From assembly GCA_021613535.1 (NCBI GenBank), contig CP075497.1, positions 8,742,001 to 8,806,000 of the forward strand: a stretch of 64,000 nucleotides of DNA, given 5' to 3'. This DNA is from Adineta vaga (Eukaryota > Animalia > Rotifera). Each line of letters begins with the position of its first letter. Positions within the stretch are counted from its first letter, which is position 1. The notes under the pieces are model-generated. The model was not told the DNA's origin and made no database searches. It saw only the letters and a program-made list of their open reading frames with translations. A program made the position numbers and the translations under genes. Positions 10,751-24,006 of this stretch are shown piece by piece.

Positions 10751-12605
10751 TCAACCATCAGATTCAGATTCATCATCTGGATGTTTCTTTAATTTCATTT
10801 TTCGTACTAATATACCATATAAACGAATAACATCAGGATCTACTACTCGCCAAATCTCACGTTTTTTATCTGGACGTTTATGAATGGTGAACTGTGTTGG
10901 TCTGACGCGACATTGAAATACAATTCGAAATCGACTGACTTTCTTTTCTGTCATTTTCACTTCGAATGTCTTCGTTTGCCATGGATGTGCTCCACCATTA
11001 CAGCGTGTTGAAAGGTAAATACCAGGAACATCCGCTTTCCTTCCGATTTGTTCAACCGCTTCTTCTCGTAATGGATCAGCTTCTTCTTTCTTTATTGACA
11101 AGTCGCCTGTTTCTGAATCGCCAGTAATATTTCCATGAGTGCCATAATATGCAATCGGCCATTCACCAGGAATATTTTCACAACCAAGCCAACGATCGTT
11201 TTCCTCGTTGCCATAAATGTTCGATGTATTCAGTGCATAACGATACCAACCCACTGGAACATAGTACGGATAGTTACCACGCATACCGACATGTTGTAAG
11301 CCTTGTCTATTGTAGTCAAAATTATGTTTTTCATCGAAATCATTTCGATTCAACTGAAGATAGGTTATAAGTGGCTTCCATTTACATTCGTAACGATTTG
11401 ATCTGATTGCTCGAAGACTTGGATGCTTACGAAAACCAGATCCTGCATAATCCTAAACAGAATAGCAAACGGCAAATACGAACAGTGTTTATAGTGAAAA
11501 CAGTAATATTGTTTTATTACTTCTAATTCTTTCGCATATTTTATCGTTTCTTCTTTGTCAGGAAGAGTGAGTCCAAAACTAATTTTGGCCTTTCCACAAT
11601 CATCTTCGTCTTTTGACACTGACGTGACACGTATGTATTCCTTCCCATTTAATCCAAGAATCTCGGCAATCGATGTCGCAAAAGTAAGAACAAAATTTTT
11701 CATTGTACCTGGTGATTTAGCAAGATCATCTTCATAACTCAATTCAGTATGAAATGAGAATTGAGCTGCAGGAATGTAATTTGTTGCTAATAGATGAGTA
11801 CTGCTTATATTAGCTATACCACACGCTGTGCGATAGACGTTGTCATCATGTGACAGTTCTTGTTTTGTAAAACACAGATCACCACCGTATTCTTCAGCAA
11901 ATTCATTTAATGCAGTGATAAGTATATCTACAGTGTTAGGTTTGATTTGGACGGTTTTGCGTCGAAAGAAATCTTTTCGATCGGTTATTTTTCGATAACG
12001 TGCGACAGCATTAAATGGACGTTTATCTTCATCAGTAATACCAGATGGATAAGAAATGTCACTGATGGCATCCATTTCACTTTCTTGTTGGAACCAAATA
12101 GGAGTCATTTTAATTTCTGTTATAATATCTCCAATATCTAAATCTTGAATGGTTTGTTGAGGACCATCAATTCGAGAAAAATACGGTTCTTCTTCCTCGG
12201 GCGAGGGTATTGGAGTTTCTTCTATGATGTCAGTTGTTGCCTCAGTTTCAGATTCTTCTTCAGATGTTGATTGATCGATCACTGGTACCATATCTGGTAT
12301 GTCATCTTCTATTTCAGGTTCAGAATTGGGGGCAGTTTCTTCTGTTTCGATAGCAGCAGTTTGAGGTGTCTTTTTTATTTTTCTAGGTCTTTTTGACTTC
12401 TTTCTTGGTTCTTCGGATTTATTATCAAATGTTGGTAGTTTAGACGGCTTTCGTTTTGGTACATAGAGCTCGTTTTCTAGTGCAAGTGCTTCTTTGCGAC
12501 TCAGTAGTCTTGTTTCCTTTTGAGCACCGTCTTTCTTTTTCTAGACAAGAATAAAATAGTAAATAATTTATTAATGAAAGTACAACTACAAACTCTGGAA
12601 GACAT
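10751..12605 (-). CDS. NEURL4-type ADP-ribosyltransferase (PARP-fold) domain protein, copy 1 (~577 aa)
   Basis: Exons 12605-12594, 12540-11521 and 11452-10751 are in phase. C-terminal motifs PVGWYRYAL, EWPIAYYGT, GIYLST, FRIVFQCRVRP, EIWRV and IRLYGILV follow the NEURL4-like ART strand order. Confidence 0.7.
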
Positions 12606-12649
12606 AATTCTGTATCTGATCGCGACTGAATTTCTGCGCAAAAAAAAAC

Positions 12650-12830
12650 AGCATTTATATAAAAGAGTGTACGTCAATAAACAACATCGTTCTTCAAAAA
12701 AATTTCCCCATGTTTTGCAGAAATCACATATTCTCTAAAATAACATACGCAAAGAAAAGAACTAAAAAAAACTTTACTTATGTCTTCACATACAACAGTC
12801 ATGACGGCGCAGACATCAAGACTCTGATGA
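12650..12830 (-). promoter_or_regulatory. Duplicated promoter block of ART copy 1 (TATA box, forkhead-like site)
   Basis: TATATAAAT on the minus strand ~50 bp upstream of the ATG. GTCAATAAACAACATC.TTCTTCAAAAAA.T..CCCCATGTTTT is shared with the copy 2 upstream region (15389-15440). Confidence 0.5.
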
Positions 12831-13550
12831 AGAAACGAAATCATACTTACCGAAGAAAAACATGTGACATCAAGAAATAAGTCGAATGAAGTTGTTAAGA
12901 CGAAGAAATCTAGAGAAATACTCATTGCATCAAAATATTTTTACATAGAAATGAACATCAGTACACAAAAGAATGGTTTTAATACTGACCAAGACGAGAG
13001 AATTTGTTTTCGCTCACAATAAAAATCATATTCAAACGAGTATATTCTTGGTGCGTGTTGTTCTTCTCAGTAGTTAAATGAAATCCCATTGAAAGATTTT
13101 GTTTATAAAGAATGATACTGTCTAATATTCAAAACACATTGTGTTCTTTTTTGTGATGCTTGCATAAACTCCAACAGCAAAAACAGAACATTCATATTAC
13201 TTTGTCTGTTCAGAAAGCTTTTCATAAGGTACCAGTCTTTCAATAACAAACTGTATATCTTTAAATGAATTATTGACATATATTATTAGTATAGAGGTAC
13301 TGGACATGCTATATTTGTATTTCTTAACTACAAACGAAAAAGAATCCATAAAAGAGAAAAACAATGTGAGAAAGACACATCAATATGTATACGAGTGTAA
13401 TACAAAAAGAAATCAACTTTATGACAATTAAAGTCCGAAAACAAATCATTCAACAAAGAAGTGAAGTAAACCTGAAATCGTAGTCAATCTTTGTCAAGAA
13501 CTATTTCTACTTTGTTGTTATTTTCGAGATGTGTATTAATTTGCAATCAT

Positions 13551-15322
13551 TTAATCAAAACCATCATTTTCGAACTCAGATTCATCCTCTGGATGTTTCT
13601 TTGATTTCATATATCGCACTAGTATACCATATAAACGAATAACATCAGGATCTACTACTCGCCAAATCTCACGTTTTTTATCTGGACGTTTATGAATGGT
13701 GAACTGTGTTGGTCTGACACGACATTGAAATACAATTCGAAATCGACTGACTTTCTTTTCTGTCATTTTCACTTCGAATGTCTTCGTTTGCCATGGATGT
13801 GCTCCACCATTACAGCGTGTTGAAAGGTAAATACCAGGAACATCCGCTTTCCTTCCGATTTGTTCAACCGCTTCTTCTCGTAATGGATCAGCTTCTTCTT
13901 TCTTTGTTAAAATTTCATTTGTTCTCAAATCTCCAGTAGTCTTGGCATGAGTACCGTAATATGCAACGGGCCATTCACCAGGAATATTTTCACAACCAAG
14001 CCAACGGTTCTTCTCCTCATCATCGTATTTGTTAGACATGTTCAGTGCAAAGCGATACCAACCCATTGGCACATAGTACGGATAGTTACCACGCCTGCCA
14101 ACATCCAATATCTTATGTGTGTTATAATCAAAATTATGTTTTTCATCGAAATCATTTCGATTCAACTGTAGATAGGTTAAAAGTGGTCTCAATTTGAATT
14201 TGTATTGACCCGATCTAATTCCCTGAAGACTTGAATGCTTACGAAAACCAGATCCTGCATAGTCCTAAAGAGAATAGCAAACGATGAATACGAACAGTGT
14301 TTATAGTGAAAACAGTAATATTGTTTTATTACTTCTAATTCTTTCGCATATTTTATCGTTTCTTCTTTGTCAGGAAGAGTGAGTCCAAAACTAATTTTGG
14401 CCTTTCCACAATCATCTTCGTCTTTTGATACCGATGTGACACGTATAAATTCGTTTCCACTTAATCCGAGAACCTCAGCAATCGATGTCGCGAAAGAAAG
14501 AACAAAATTTTTCATTGTACCTGGTGATTTAGCAAGATCATCTTCATAACTCAATTCAGTATGAAATGAGAATTGAGCCGTCGGAATGTAATTAGTGGCT
14601 ATTAGATGGATGCTGCTTATAGTAGCTATACCACATGCTGCGCGATTGACGTTGTCATCATGTGACAGTTCTTGTTTTGTAAAACACAGATCACCACCGT
14701 ATTCTTCAGCAAATTCATTTAATGCAGTGATAAGTATATCTACAGTGTTAGGTTTGATTTGAACGGTTTTGCGTCGAAAGAAATCTTTTCGATCGGTTAT
14801 TTTTCGATAACGTGCGACAGCATTAAATGGACGTTTATCTTTATCAGTAATACCAGATGGATAAGAAATGTCACTGATGGCATCCATTTCACTTTCTTGT
14901 TGGAACCAAATAGGAGTCATTTTAATTTCTGTTGTACTATCTCCCATTTCGAAACCTTGAATAGTTTGTTGAGGATCACATATTCGTATAATGGGCTCTT
15001 CTGTGCTGGAGCCTGATTCTGATTCGTTTTCTGATACTGATGTCACGCTGGCATTTTCAAGTTCGATATCTAGACTATGTATTGGTTCAGCGATGGAAAA
15101 CGTTAGATGTGTTCTGATTGTAGTTGTATGGTTGATCAGTGGCATATGTGAACCGTTATTTATGTGATGCGAATTGTTCGGATTATATATGTCAACGATT
15201 ATTTTTTCACCTGATAGCGAATCAAGCAGTTTGTCTGATTTAGAGGACTCTTTCGGTTTCTAAAATGATAGAAAAATATGTTATTTATGAGTTAAAATGT
15301 AAAAACTAACTTTGGGAGGCAT
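13551..15322 (-). CDS. NEURL4-type ADP-ribosyltransferase domain protein, copy 2 (~550 aa)
   Basis: Exons 15322-15311, 15259-14333 and 14264-13551. Same intron positions as copy 1 and a near-identical core. Confidence 0.7.
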
Positions 15323-15364
15323 AATACTGTATTTGATCACGATTCAATTGTTGTGCAATATAAA

Positions 15365-15550
15365 CTGTATTTATATAGCAGAATGCGTGTCAATAAACAA
15401 CATCATTCTTCAAAAAATTGTCCCCATGTTTTTCAAAAATCATGGCTTTATAAGAATAACATAGTCGTCAAACATGATCGAAACTTTTTCAATGAAATGT
15501 CATAGAATTGACAAACTTTGCTTACTTCTTCAGACAGAACAGTCATGACA
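15365..15550 (-). promoter_or_regulatory. Duplicated promoter block of ART copy 2
   Basis: TATATAAATA on the minus strand near 15369-15378, plus the conserved block homologous to 12673-12800. Confidence 0.5.
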
Positions 15551-16151
15551 ATACATAACATCGAGACTATGTTGTAAGAACAAAATTATACTCCTCAAGA
15601 CAACATGTGACATGAAGAAAACCAACTAGATATAATTATATAGGATAAGACTCAAATGTAGATATAAATATTAATAAATAAAATGAAATCAAAGTTAGAA
15701 AGTTTCTTTCTATTTCTATCATAAAATCGATTTAAAATACATGGGTGAGGTAAATAGTTAAATTTTTATGATCAATGTTTATCATTTATTAAACTTTTGT
15801 TACGTGAATGCTCAATCAGATATCTATAATGCATCAATCTTTAGAAAGCAAAGTTCACATCTTTGAATAGTAGAATCATTGCTATTGACTCGAGTTCAGT
15901 ACTATTGTATACACACTAGACATGTGTTATTTGTATTTCTTGAATAAATAAAAAAAAGAAAGAAAAAAAAAGAAGAAAGAGAAAAACAACGGCAAAAATT
16001 CACATATATCTATATGTATATGAGTATGTTAGAAAAAAAGAAAAGAAACGAACAGATTATTTTTCTTGGTATACAAGACTAGACAGATAGATAAAGAGAA
16101 TTTTGTGTGGGTGAAATATTCTGTCAACAGAAGAAAAATAAACACTTTGTT

Positions 16152-18305
16152 TCATTGATTTGTTGAAATAAATTGAAGAAGTTCGTCGAAATGAGTCGAT
16201 GTTGGAGATTTCGGTTGAACTGTTTTAACATATATTATATCTCCATCATCATCCGTTATTGGTTGTTGTTCATAAGTAGGAAAATGTAAACAAAGAATTG
16301 AATTTGATGGAGATGACAAAGTATCAAAATTAAATTCATTTTGATATTCAACTTTCATTCGTTTTAAGATTGGTAATTGTTCATTATCATTCGAATCGTC
16401 TTCTTCTCCTTCATTATCTTGTTCTTCATCTTCATCCGTTTCTTCAACATGTCGTTTTGGTTCAGTTTTTCGTAAACGTTTGATCGATCGAGGTAGAATA
16501 TTTGAAGGAATTAATGGAAGAGTTTTGTCAGTCTTTTCAATTTGATTCAATCGTACAGTTATTTGTTCATCTGAATCACTACTCGAATTAAATTGAATCG
16601 TCTGCTTTAATAAATTTTGTACATCACATGTATCAATCAATGTATTGGCTTGTTCTAATTGTTCATTAATCGAATTTAGATTATAAAATAATGATAAAAT
16701 ATCATCGAATTGTGTTGTATGAGATTTAGCTAATAGAGAATCGGCTTGTTTTAATAAACTGGTGATTTCTTCCGTAGAATTTTGTGCTGAAATATTTAAT
16801 TTTGACCAGAAGTTTTCACTTATTCGCTCATTATATTCATTTAATGAATTTAATATTAATTGTTTATGTTCAAAAAATTTTCGTTGAAAATTCTCGTAAA
16901 TTGCTTCTGTTTGTTGAATTTTCTTTCGGTTCGATTCTTTTAATTCTGCAATATGATTATGAGTTGTATGTATACGAGAAACACGATATCGACATGTTTG
17001 AACAATATGTTTAATATTATCAAGAATTTTCTCTCGATCATTTTGATAACATTGTTGACAGAGAAGAAAATCACAACACGAACATAAAATTAATGATGAT
17101 TTCTCTTGACATTTTGTACATTTACCATTAATATCATAATTTTTAGGAACTAATTCAAGTAATTGACGATGAATATATGAAACAGGAAATTGATCAGCAC
17201 CATTATATGGAAATGTCCGACGACATAATGGACATGATATTGTTGGATAAGGTATATTCGATGATGGTATTGATTTCAGACATGAACAACAAAATACATG
17301 TTGACATGGTAATGCGCGTGGATCACGTAAACGATCTATACACAATGCACACTGAAGATTTTCTTCAATATTTGAAAATGAATAAGCTAATTTAGGTGAA
17401 GAAACACGGGCCGATATAGATGAGCATTTCGTAATCACATCTGAAGAAAACGAATTTTGTACTAAAATAAAAGAAATTAGATGACAATATTGATTTGCAG
17501 AAAAAACAAACAATCGATTCTTACGTTTGGTTTTCTGTTCCTGATTATGAATGGATGTCGCTGTTTGTGAGGATGTCGAAGAAGACATTGTATTAGTAAA
17601 TATAGTATGGGTAGGTGTCGTAACCAATGATGTGATAAGAGGAATAGGCCGAACTGTAGTATTAGTTGTACTTGTTGAACGTGTCGTCATTTTAGGTGCT
17701 GTTGGTGGAGGAATACGATAGAGACTTAAATCAATAGGACCTTGAGTTGTTTCTCGTCGATTTGGTGCTGATCGAAGTTGACTATGCATACGAAGTAAAC
17801 TATGACGTACACTTGGATAGCCTATAATAATAAATCATATTTTAATAAAGTTACAATGACATCGAACGAAGAATACCTTTTTAACTAGTTTTAATCTAGT
17901 CATATTTTATTACTTAAAATTTAGAATAGTCAAATCGAAAATGAAAAGGATATAAGCTTATTTTTTTTAAAGAAAGAAATGCTTATCAAAGAAATAGAAT
18001 GTGTCTAAATTTATAGATTTCGATGGCGAAAAGTGTTTAATTGTTACTCATTATCTTGCTTGTCTTTTTTTTCTCAGGAAAAAGAGAAAGGATGGAAAAA
18101 AACCATAAAGATGTATTTTATCAACCTTACCGCTCATGGACGAATATTGATGTAAATTTTGTTGATTTGTTGTTGCAGAAGATGAAGATGAGGATGATGA
18201 GGAGGAGGAAGAAGAAGATGATGGTGCCAGTAATGTAGATGACTGAGGTTGCTGCTGCTGCTGCTGCTGTTGCTGCGCAGAAGAATATGTATGAACTGTC
18301 CTCAT
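16152..18305 (-). CDS. RING finger / B-box-like / coiled-coil (TRIM-like) E3 ubiquitin ligase
   Basis: Exons 18305-18131 (polyQ/polyS), 17821-17525 and 17461-16152 are in phase. C3HC4 RING CALC...PCQHVFCCSC...CPLC, then CTKC...CSCCDFLLCQQC and a coiled-coil. Confidence 0.75.
18180..18276 (-). repeat. (CAG)n and (TCN)n tracts encoding polyQ and polyS
   Basis: Directly visible, inside the first coding exon of the RING gene. Confidence 0.85.
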
Positions 18306-19900
18306 GAGTAAAACTTGATAAAATCGATCTTGAATCAAACAAGTAGTTAAGAATTTATGAAAATTTCAATTCCATCAATAGTTGTGTACAAAAAACATCG
18401 TTGTTGAAGTAAAAATGATCGTGGGGTATTAGTAGTAATAGTGATGACTGTGTATTGTGTGTCTATGTGTGTTGTATGTCTGTGTATGTGTGCGTGTGTG
18501 TGTGTGTTGTTGACGTTCTCTTGCTCGACGTATATATTCTGCGTTTGGTTGCCCGCGCTCGCTCGCTTACTCGTTCGTTCGCTCGTTTTTTTCTTCATAT
18601 ATATTCTACTTCTTCTTCCATAGCATGATGACGACAACACATAAAAAGAGTCCAATGCACATCGTCTTGCAAGTTATAGGATGTTATTATTTTGTTTTTA
18701 CTGAGTTAAAAAAATAATAATTATCATGATAAATATTTCAGAAATTATTTTTTATTTCAAATTATTGTAAATATGTCAAAGATCTTCATTGAATTATAAT
18801 CTATTGCGAAATGACATCATCTATTTATTTATTCCATGATTTTCTTAAACAGATAAAACTAGTGGATTATTTTTCAACTGAAAAGATTTGCTTTTCTTTT
18901 TTCAGGAATTACCTAGTACGAACAGAATGACATAAAAGTTGATATTCTTCTAGTATGTTCTTAGGGAAGATTTTTTTTGTTCGAGAAGAACAGAAGAGAA
19001 AAAAAATGCATCATCGATTTTCTTTTTTGTTCTTGACGTACTTATGAAAGCAAGGAAAAAATACATTCAATGATATACATTGAATTTTGTACTTTGAAAT
19101 GCAAATCGATCATCTTCCACAATGAGAAGACAAAAATCAGTGATTAGATTTCTATTTTTTAATAATAATAATAAAAAAGGGAACGCTTTGATGTAATGAT
19201 TAAATATTATTATTTAACTTGAAGTATTTTATTTATTAATAAGTTTTTCTATCGATGATAGAAAATATTATTGTGACGAGATTTTCTAGTTTTAAATTAT
19301 CATTTTTACAGAATTTTATAAATTCTCAATACTTCTTTTCAACATATCAACAATATTCAATTAAAAAGTGTGTTCTTTTATAATTGTCATTCTACTCGAC
19401 TAAACATTTGTTAGTGTATTCAATAAATTACAATAAAATGGATATATTTATGAGAACTACGCGGATAATTAATCTACACTTTTTCAGGTCATATTTTTGC
19501 CGACAAGTATTGATAATATTGAAATAAAAAAGTAAACTCAATAAATATTCCATTTGTCTTTCTCAATTCGCAATTGAATAGTACATGTCACAATATACGG
19601 ACTCTCTATATATGTTCCTTTTATCTAAAACAATATTGTTTCAATTTCAATTAAAATGTCCTTCATTTGTGTTTGTTATATTTGACTTATGTCACTTCAC
19701 TTTAATAAAATAAAAACATACTAACACTTGTGTGACCTCTATCAAGGAAACTAATATTATGGTATAACGTGAATCGTAATTGTGCGATCTCTATCGAGAT
19801 ATTCGAGTTGTTTTACCTATTTTATCTCTTTAGATAAGTTTTTCGTCTTTATTTTGCTTTATGTAAAGTGTAAGTCGAACGTGTTATTTTATTTACGACA

Positions 19901-22572
19901 ATGCCGGTTGATCTAAGCGCAGGTCGGATTGAAATCTATTCGAAGATCTGTACTGATTTTTCATCTTTAGGTTCAATTCCATCAATTTATCGTGACTTAT
20001 TCGAAATGATTAATTTACATGGAATTGATAAATTAACATTAACTGTCTTTGTTCCGCTTTTCGAATCGAATTCATTGACAAAATCAATTTTAAACCAAGT
20101 AAGTGTATATTATTTTATTATTAAATACTAATGTATGAAATCATTTCTTCTAGATTTGGAATGCAGTTATGAAAACAAATTCACTTTCATCACGTAATGA
20201 GTTCTATAAATGTTTGGCATTAATGGCACTTGCTCAGCAAGGAAAGAATGTTGATGAAAGATTACTTGATAATTTTGTTAATCGAGGTATTTCAAATGAA
20301 CGTTTCGGTATGATTATGAAAGAATTTTACGTTTTTTAGAATTACCAATTCCAACCATGGATTCTATTAATGAATTAGAAGATCGTTTACTTCGAATTTT
20401 ACGTAGTGAACAAGGAAAAAATGCTCTATTTTTTCGTTATGGTGATCTTTGTTCATTAGATACAATACAAATTGATTTAGCACCGGAAAAGAAAGGTTTC
20501 GACTTGATGATTTTTCTTTCGAATAAAAACCAACAATATTTTCTTTTCATAGGTGTTCTCATACGACATTTCGAATATGAAGTATCAAGCATGGTAAATA
20601 TTTTTTTTCTTTTCATATTGGTTGTTGTTGTTATTGATGTCAATGTATCTTCTTATTTCTTTTTCTTTCTCTCAGCGTCACAAAAACAAGGTCTTTCGTC
20701 GATATAATGACTTTGTTGCTTTACATGAATTATTAAATTTAAAATATCCCTTTCGAATCATACCACAACTTCCACCGAAAAAAACTGTTAATGGTCTCGA
20801 AAACCTTTTTTTCTCTCTACACACTCTCTTTTGATTATGCTGCTTTACAAAAGCTATAGATCAATCATTCATTGCTACATATCGCGATAAATTATGAAGA
20901 ATCTCAAATGTGAAAAAACACGATTTTGTTTTCTATATTTTAGTTGATAAAGAATTTATTGAAGAACGTCGTCGTGCATTGAAAAGTTATTTGGAAATAT
21001 TATGTCGACATCCGATTATATGTGAAACGGAAATTATTAAATTCTTTTTAACATTTCAAGGAACAGTTCGTATTATTCTTAAATCTTCATTCATCCGTCT
21101 AATGATTTTGTTTTCTTCAATAGTCATGTGGAGATAATATGAAAGCAACATTTAAAAATACATTAGATGAATTTAGTCATGAACCACCAACATCATCACA
21201 TTCAATTGATAGAATTGAAGTAAATGTAATTTGAATGAATGATTATTTATGAGTCTTTTTTTCTTTTGCTCTCTCAAAATAGAGACATGAAGCTGATTCG
21301 AACGGTATTCGAATGTTTCAGATAAGTCAAACACATGTTTCGTTTCTTCATCAACAATTCTCTCAAATACGAGCCTATTTGAAGAATATTAATGAACGAA
21401 ATTTTAAAACAGCTGATGATTATAATCGAATTGAAAAGGCTTTACAGTAAAGATCTTTACATTTGAAATCATATTTAAAATATTTTCTATCGATCAGATT
21501 GATTAGTACAGATCCTACTGACGTTCAACGATGGGCAACTGGTTTGAATGATTATTGGCCAACGATACAAACTGGTTTAATCGAATTACCAATTGAAATC
21601 AATGCTGTTTCTGAACGAATCTATGAAGAATGTAAACGTGAAGATGAAATGATTAATGATCATCTTGATATGTTAATTGACTTACTTCAAGGATATAAAG
21701 TAAGAAAGCAAAGAACAAAATAATGAATTCTTAAAATACTATCTTTTGACCAAAAAAAAGGATCTATGTAAAAGATTTGAAGAATCATTACAATTGGAAC
21801 AGCGAGCTATTCAAAAAGCCACAAATCAAAATCGACGAACATTAACAACAAATGATTCATCATCGAAAGTAATATATTCATTTTCTTTTTTTTTCAGTGA
21901 AACTCAATGTCAGATCAGAATAAACATCCGAAATTAAATGAACAAATTTTTAATATTAATTAAGAGACTATTGATATAGTTAAAAGACAGATGTTTTATG
22001 TATTAGATAAGATAACATTGAAATGATTAATTTTCGAGAAAAGAGAAAAAAAACCATATGATGCCATTTTTGATCTAAGCAAACGGAGATAATTCATGAA
22101 GTTTGAATTCTTTCCACGCATTTACAGAAGTGGTGATTATTTTTATGCAATCATTTTTCTCCTAGAAATTCTCACGTCTGTTTTCTTAGATTAATTATAT
22201 TAGAAGGGAATTAAACACCTTACATTCTATTCTTTGATTTTTTTTCTTGTTAAGAATGAGAATAATTTGGATACGATTGAAAAACGAAATAATCATGCTT
22301 TAAAATGTGTACAAATTGAAACTCAATTGATCTATGCAAATCTAGAAGCATTTGTGTATATTTTAAGTGGATTAGGAAACATTCAATCGAAAGTCTCATC
22401 TGATGTAAGTTCATTTGATTATTTCTTCTCTCTTTTTCGAATTATTCGGTTTTTCTTTCAGCTTCTCAATGTTTGGAAATCATTTTCGAATAAAATCTCT
22501 CAACTCGGACAAACATATATCAATAAATCATCGATTCAACGAGCAAATACTATTGGATTAAAAAATAATTGA
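19901..22572 (+). CDS. SNX8: Sorting nexin 8-like (EH-like N-terminus, PX and BAR domains), multi-exon
   Basis: PX motifs [31 protein letters not shown] and [14 protein letters not shown]-terminal [15 protein letters not shown] and C-terminal [16 protein letters not shown] are typical of SNX8/Mvp1. Confidence 0.85.
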
Positions 22573-22693
22573 TCAGCTTTTTGTCTCTTATTTTTATTTG
22601 CATTTCTTTTTTTTTCTTTTGTTTCATTGAAAAGATACAAGAAAGAAAATATCTAGATTGAAACAATTTTCGTGTTATTTTAATAATCAGTTA

Positions 22694-22969
22694 TTAATCA
22701 ACGAGAATGACTGCTTCAGGAATTCTATTTTGTTCTTTATATAAGTCAACCCAACGGGAACGTAAAAACTCCGGCGATGGAAGGATTTGTTTAGGTCGTT
22801 GATATAAATTGTCTGTATTCATTGGTACATGCTTTGATCGAAAATGTTTCTCACGTGCTGAACCAAGATGTCGTTTATGTGGAATTCGTTGATCAAATAA
22901 TATCATGGCAGTTAGATTGGTAATTAGGAATAAGAAGAGAATAAGACAGGATGATATCCATCGAGCCAT
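22694..22969 (-). CDS. Small secreted protein, possible neuropeptide precursor
   Basis: 91 aa, clear signal peptide, dibasic KR preceding HLGSAREKHFR. Probable 5'UTR intron acceptor upstream. Confidence 0.5.
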   Translation of the reverse strand: MARWISSCLILFLFLITNLTAMILFDQRIPHKRHLGSAREKHFRSKHVPMNTDNLYQRPKQILPSPEFLRSRWVDLYKEQNRIPEAVILVD

Positions 22970-24006
22970 AAGAATCTTTTAATCTAAAAAAAGAACACGT
23001 CTAAAGTTTGGACAGAAACAAATGATTATATAGTTTGGAAAAAGAAAAAATCTTTTAAGAAGATGACAAAAAAGACCAAGGTAAGCACGTATATTTCTAT
23101 TTTCTTTTTGGTATCTTCAATCTTCTTTTGAGTAAGTATAGGCAGAATTTGAGACTCAACATCTCGTTGTTTTAATAGCGATATTTGTTTTTGTTCTCTT
23201 TTTGATTATAACTAAATCACGCGCATATGAGATTGAGCATGTGCATTTTTATATATCTGTATGTGAATGTAAATACTATAGAATAAGGAAATTCGAATTG
23301 ACAATAGTCAAGGCAAGATATACTACTTATATTCATTGTTTATGAATAGATGTGTAGTGATAGAAGCGATTAGAATGACATGTCTAATACAATTCTACAT
23401 TTATAAAATTAACATGACAAGAAACAAGCGAAAAGTTACTATGTTTCTTTTTTCATTTAGAACTTTATTTGAGTGACATATTCAGTCATATTGAAATCGA
23501 GATGAATCAAGTGAATAAGCTTAATTGAAATTCATTTCATATCTTTATTCTCCGACAAATTCGTATTATCGGAAGGTGCATATTCTATAGTAAGAAGATA
23601 TTCTATTCATTTTTTTCTTTCTTTCTTTTGAAGGGAATAGATGACGATAGAACGGCATCGTATCACATTTAATTTTATTCTCTTTCCTTTTGTATTTTAC
23701 TTTTATACTGATGTGAATCGATGCAAACTTCGTTGTGTATATTTGACTCTCGTGGCAGCACCATACGGTGCCCGTCACGCATTTTTTACATTCAACAACA
23801 ACGGTGTCTAGCACACACACACACACACACATAAGAGAAGAGAAAAGAAAAAAGAAAAGAAGAAGAAAAAGAAAGAAAGAAAGGAGGAGCATACGGGGCA
23901 AGAGCAGTACCGTTGTTCATTGTATTTGCAAGACTCGGAACGAGTGTGCAACGTTAAAAATCATTTTTTTCATAGAAAAAGAATATCGATAAAGATCAAT
24001 TCTTAG

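Noticed and set aside
17878-17903. Possible short first exon MTRLKLVKK for the RING gene
   Set aside because: Its donor is phase 0 but the acceptor at 17821 needs phase 1. The 18305-18131 exon fits.
18347-18655. ORFs over (GT)n/(CGCT)n-rich sequence
   Set aside because: Microsatellite-rich 5' flank of the RING gene.
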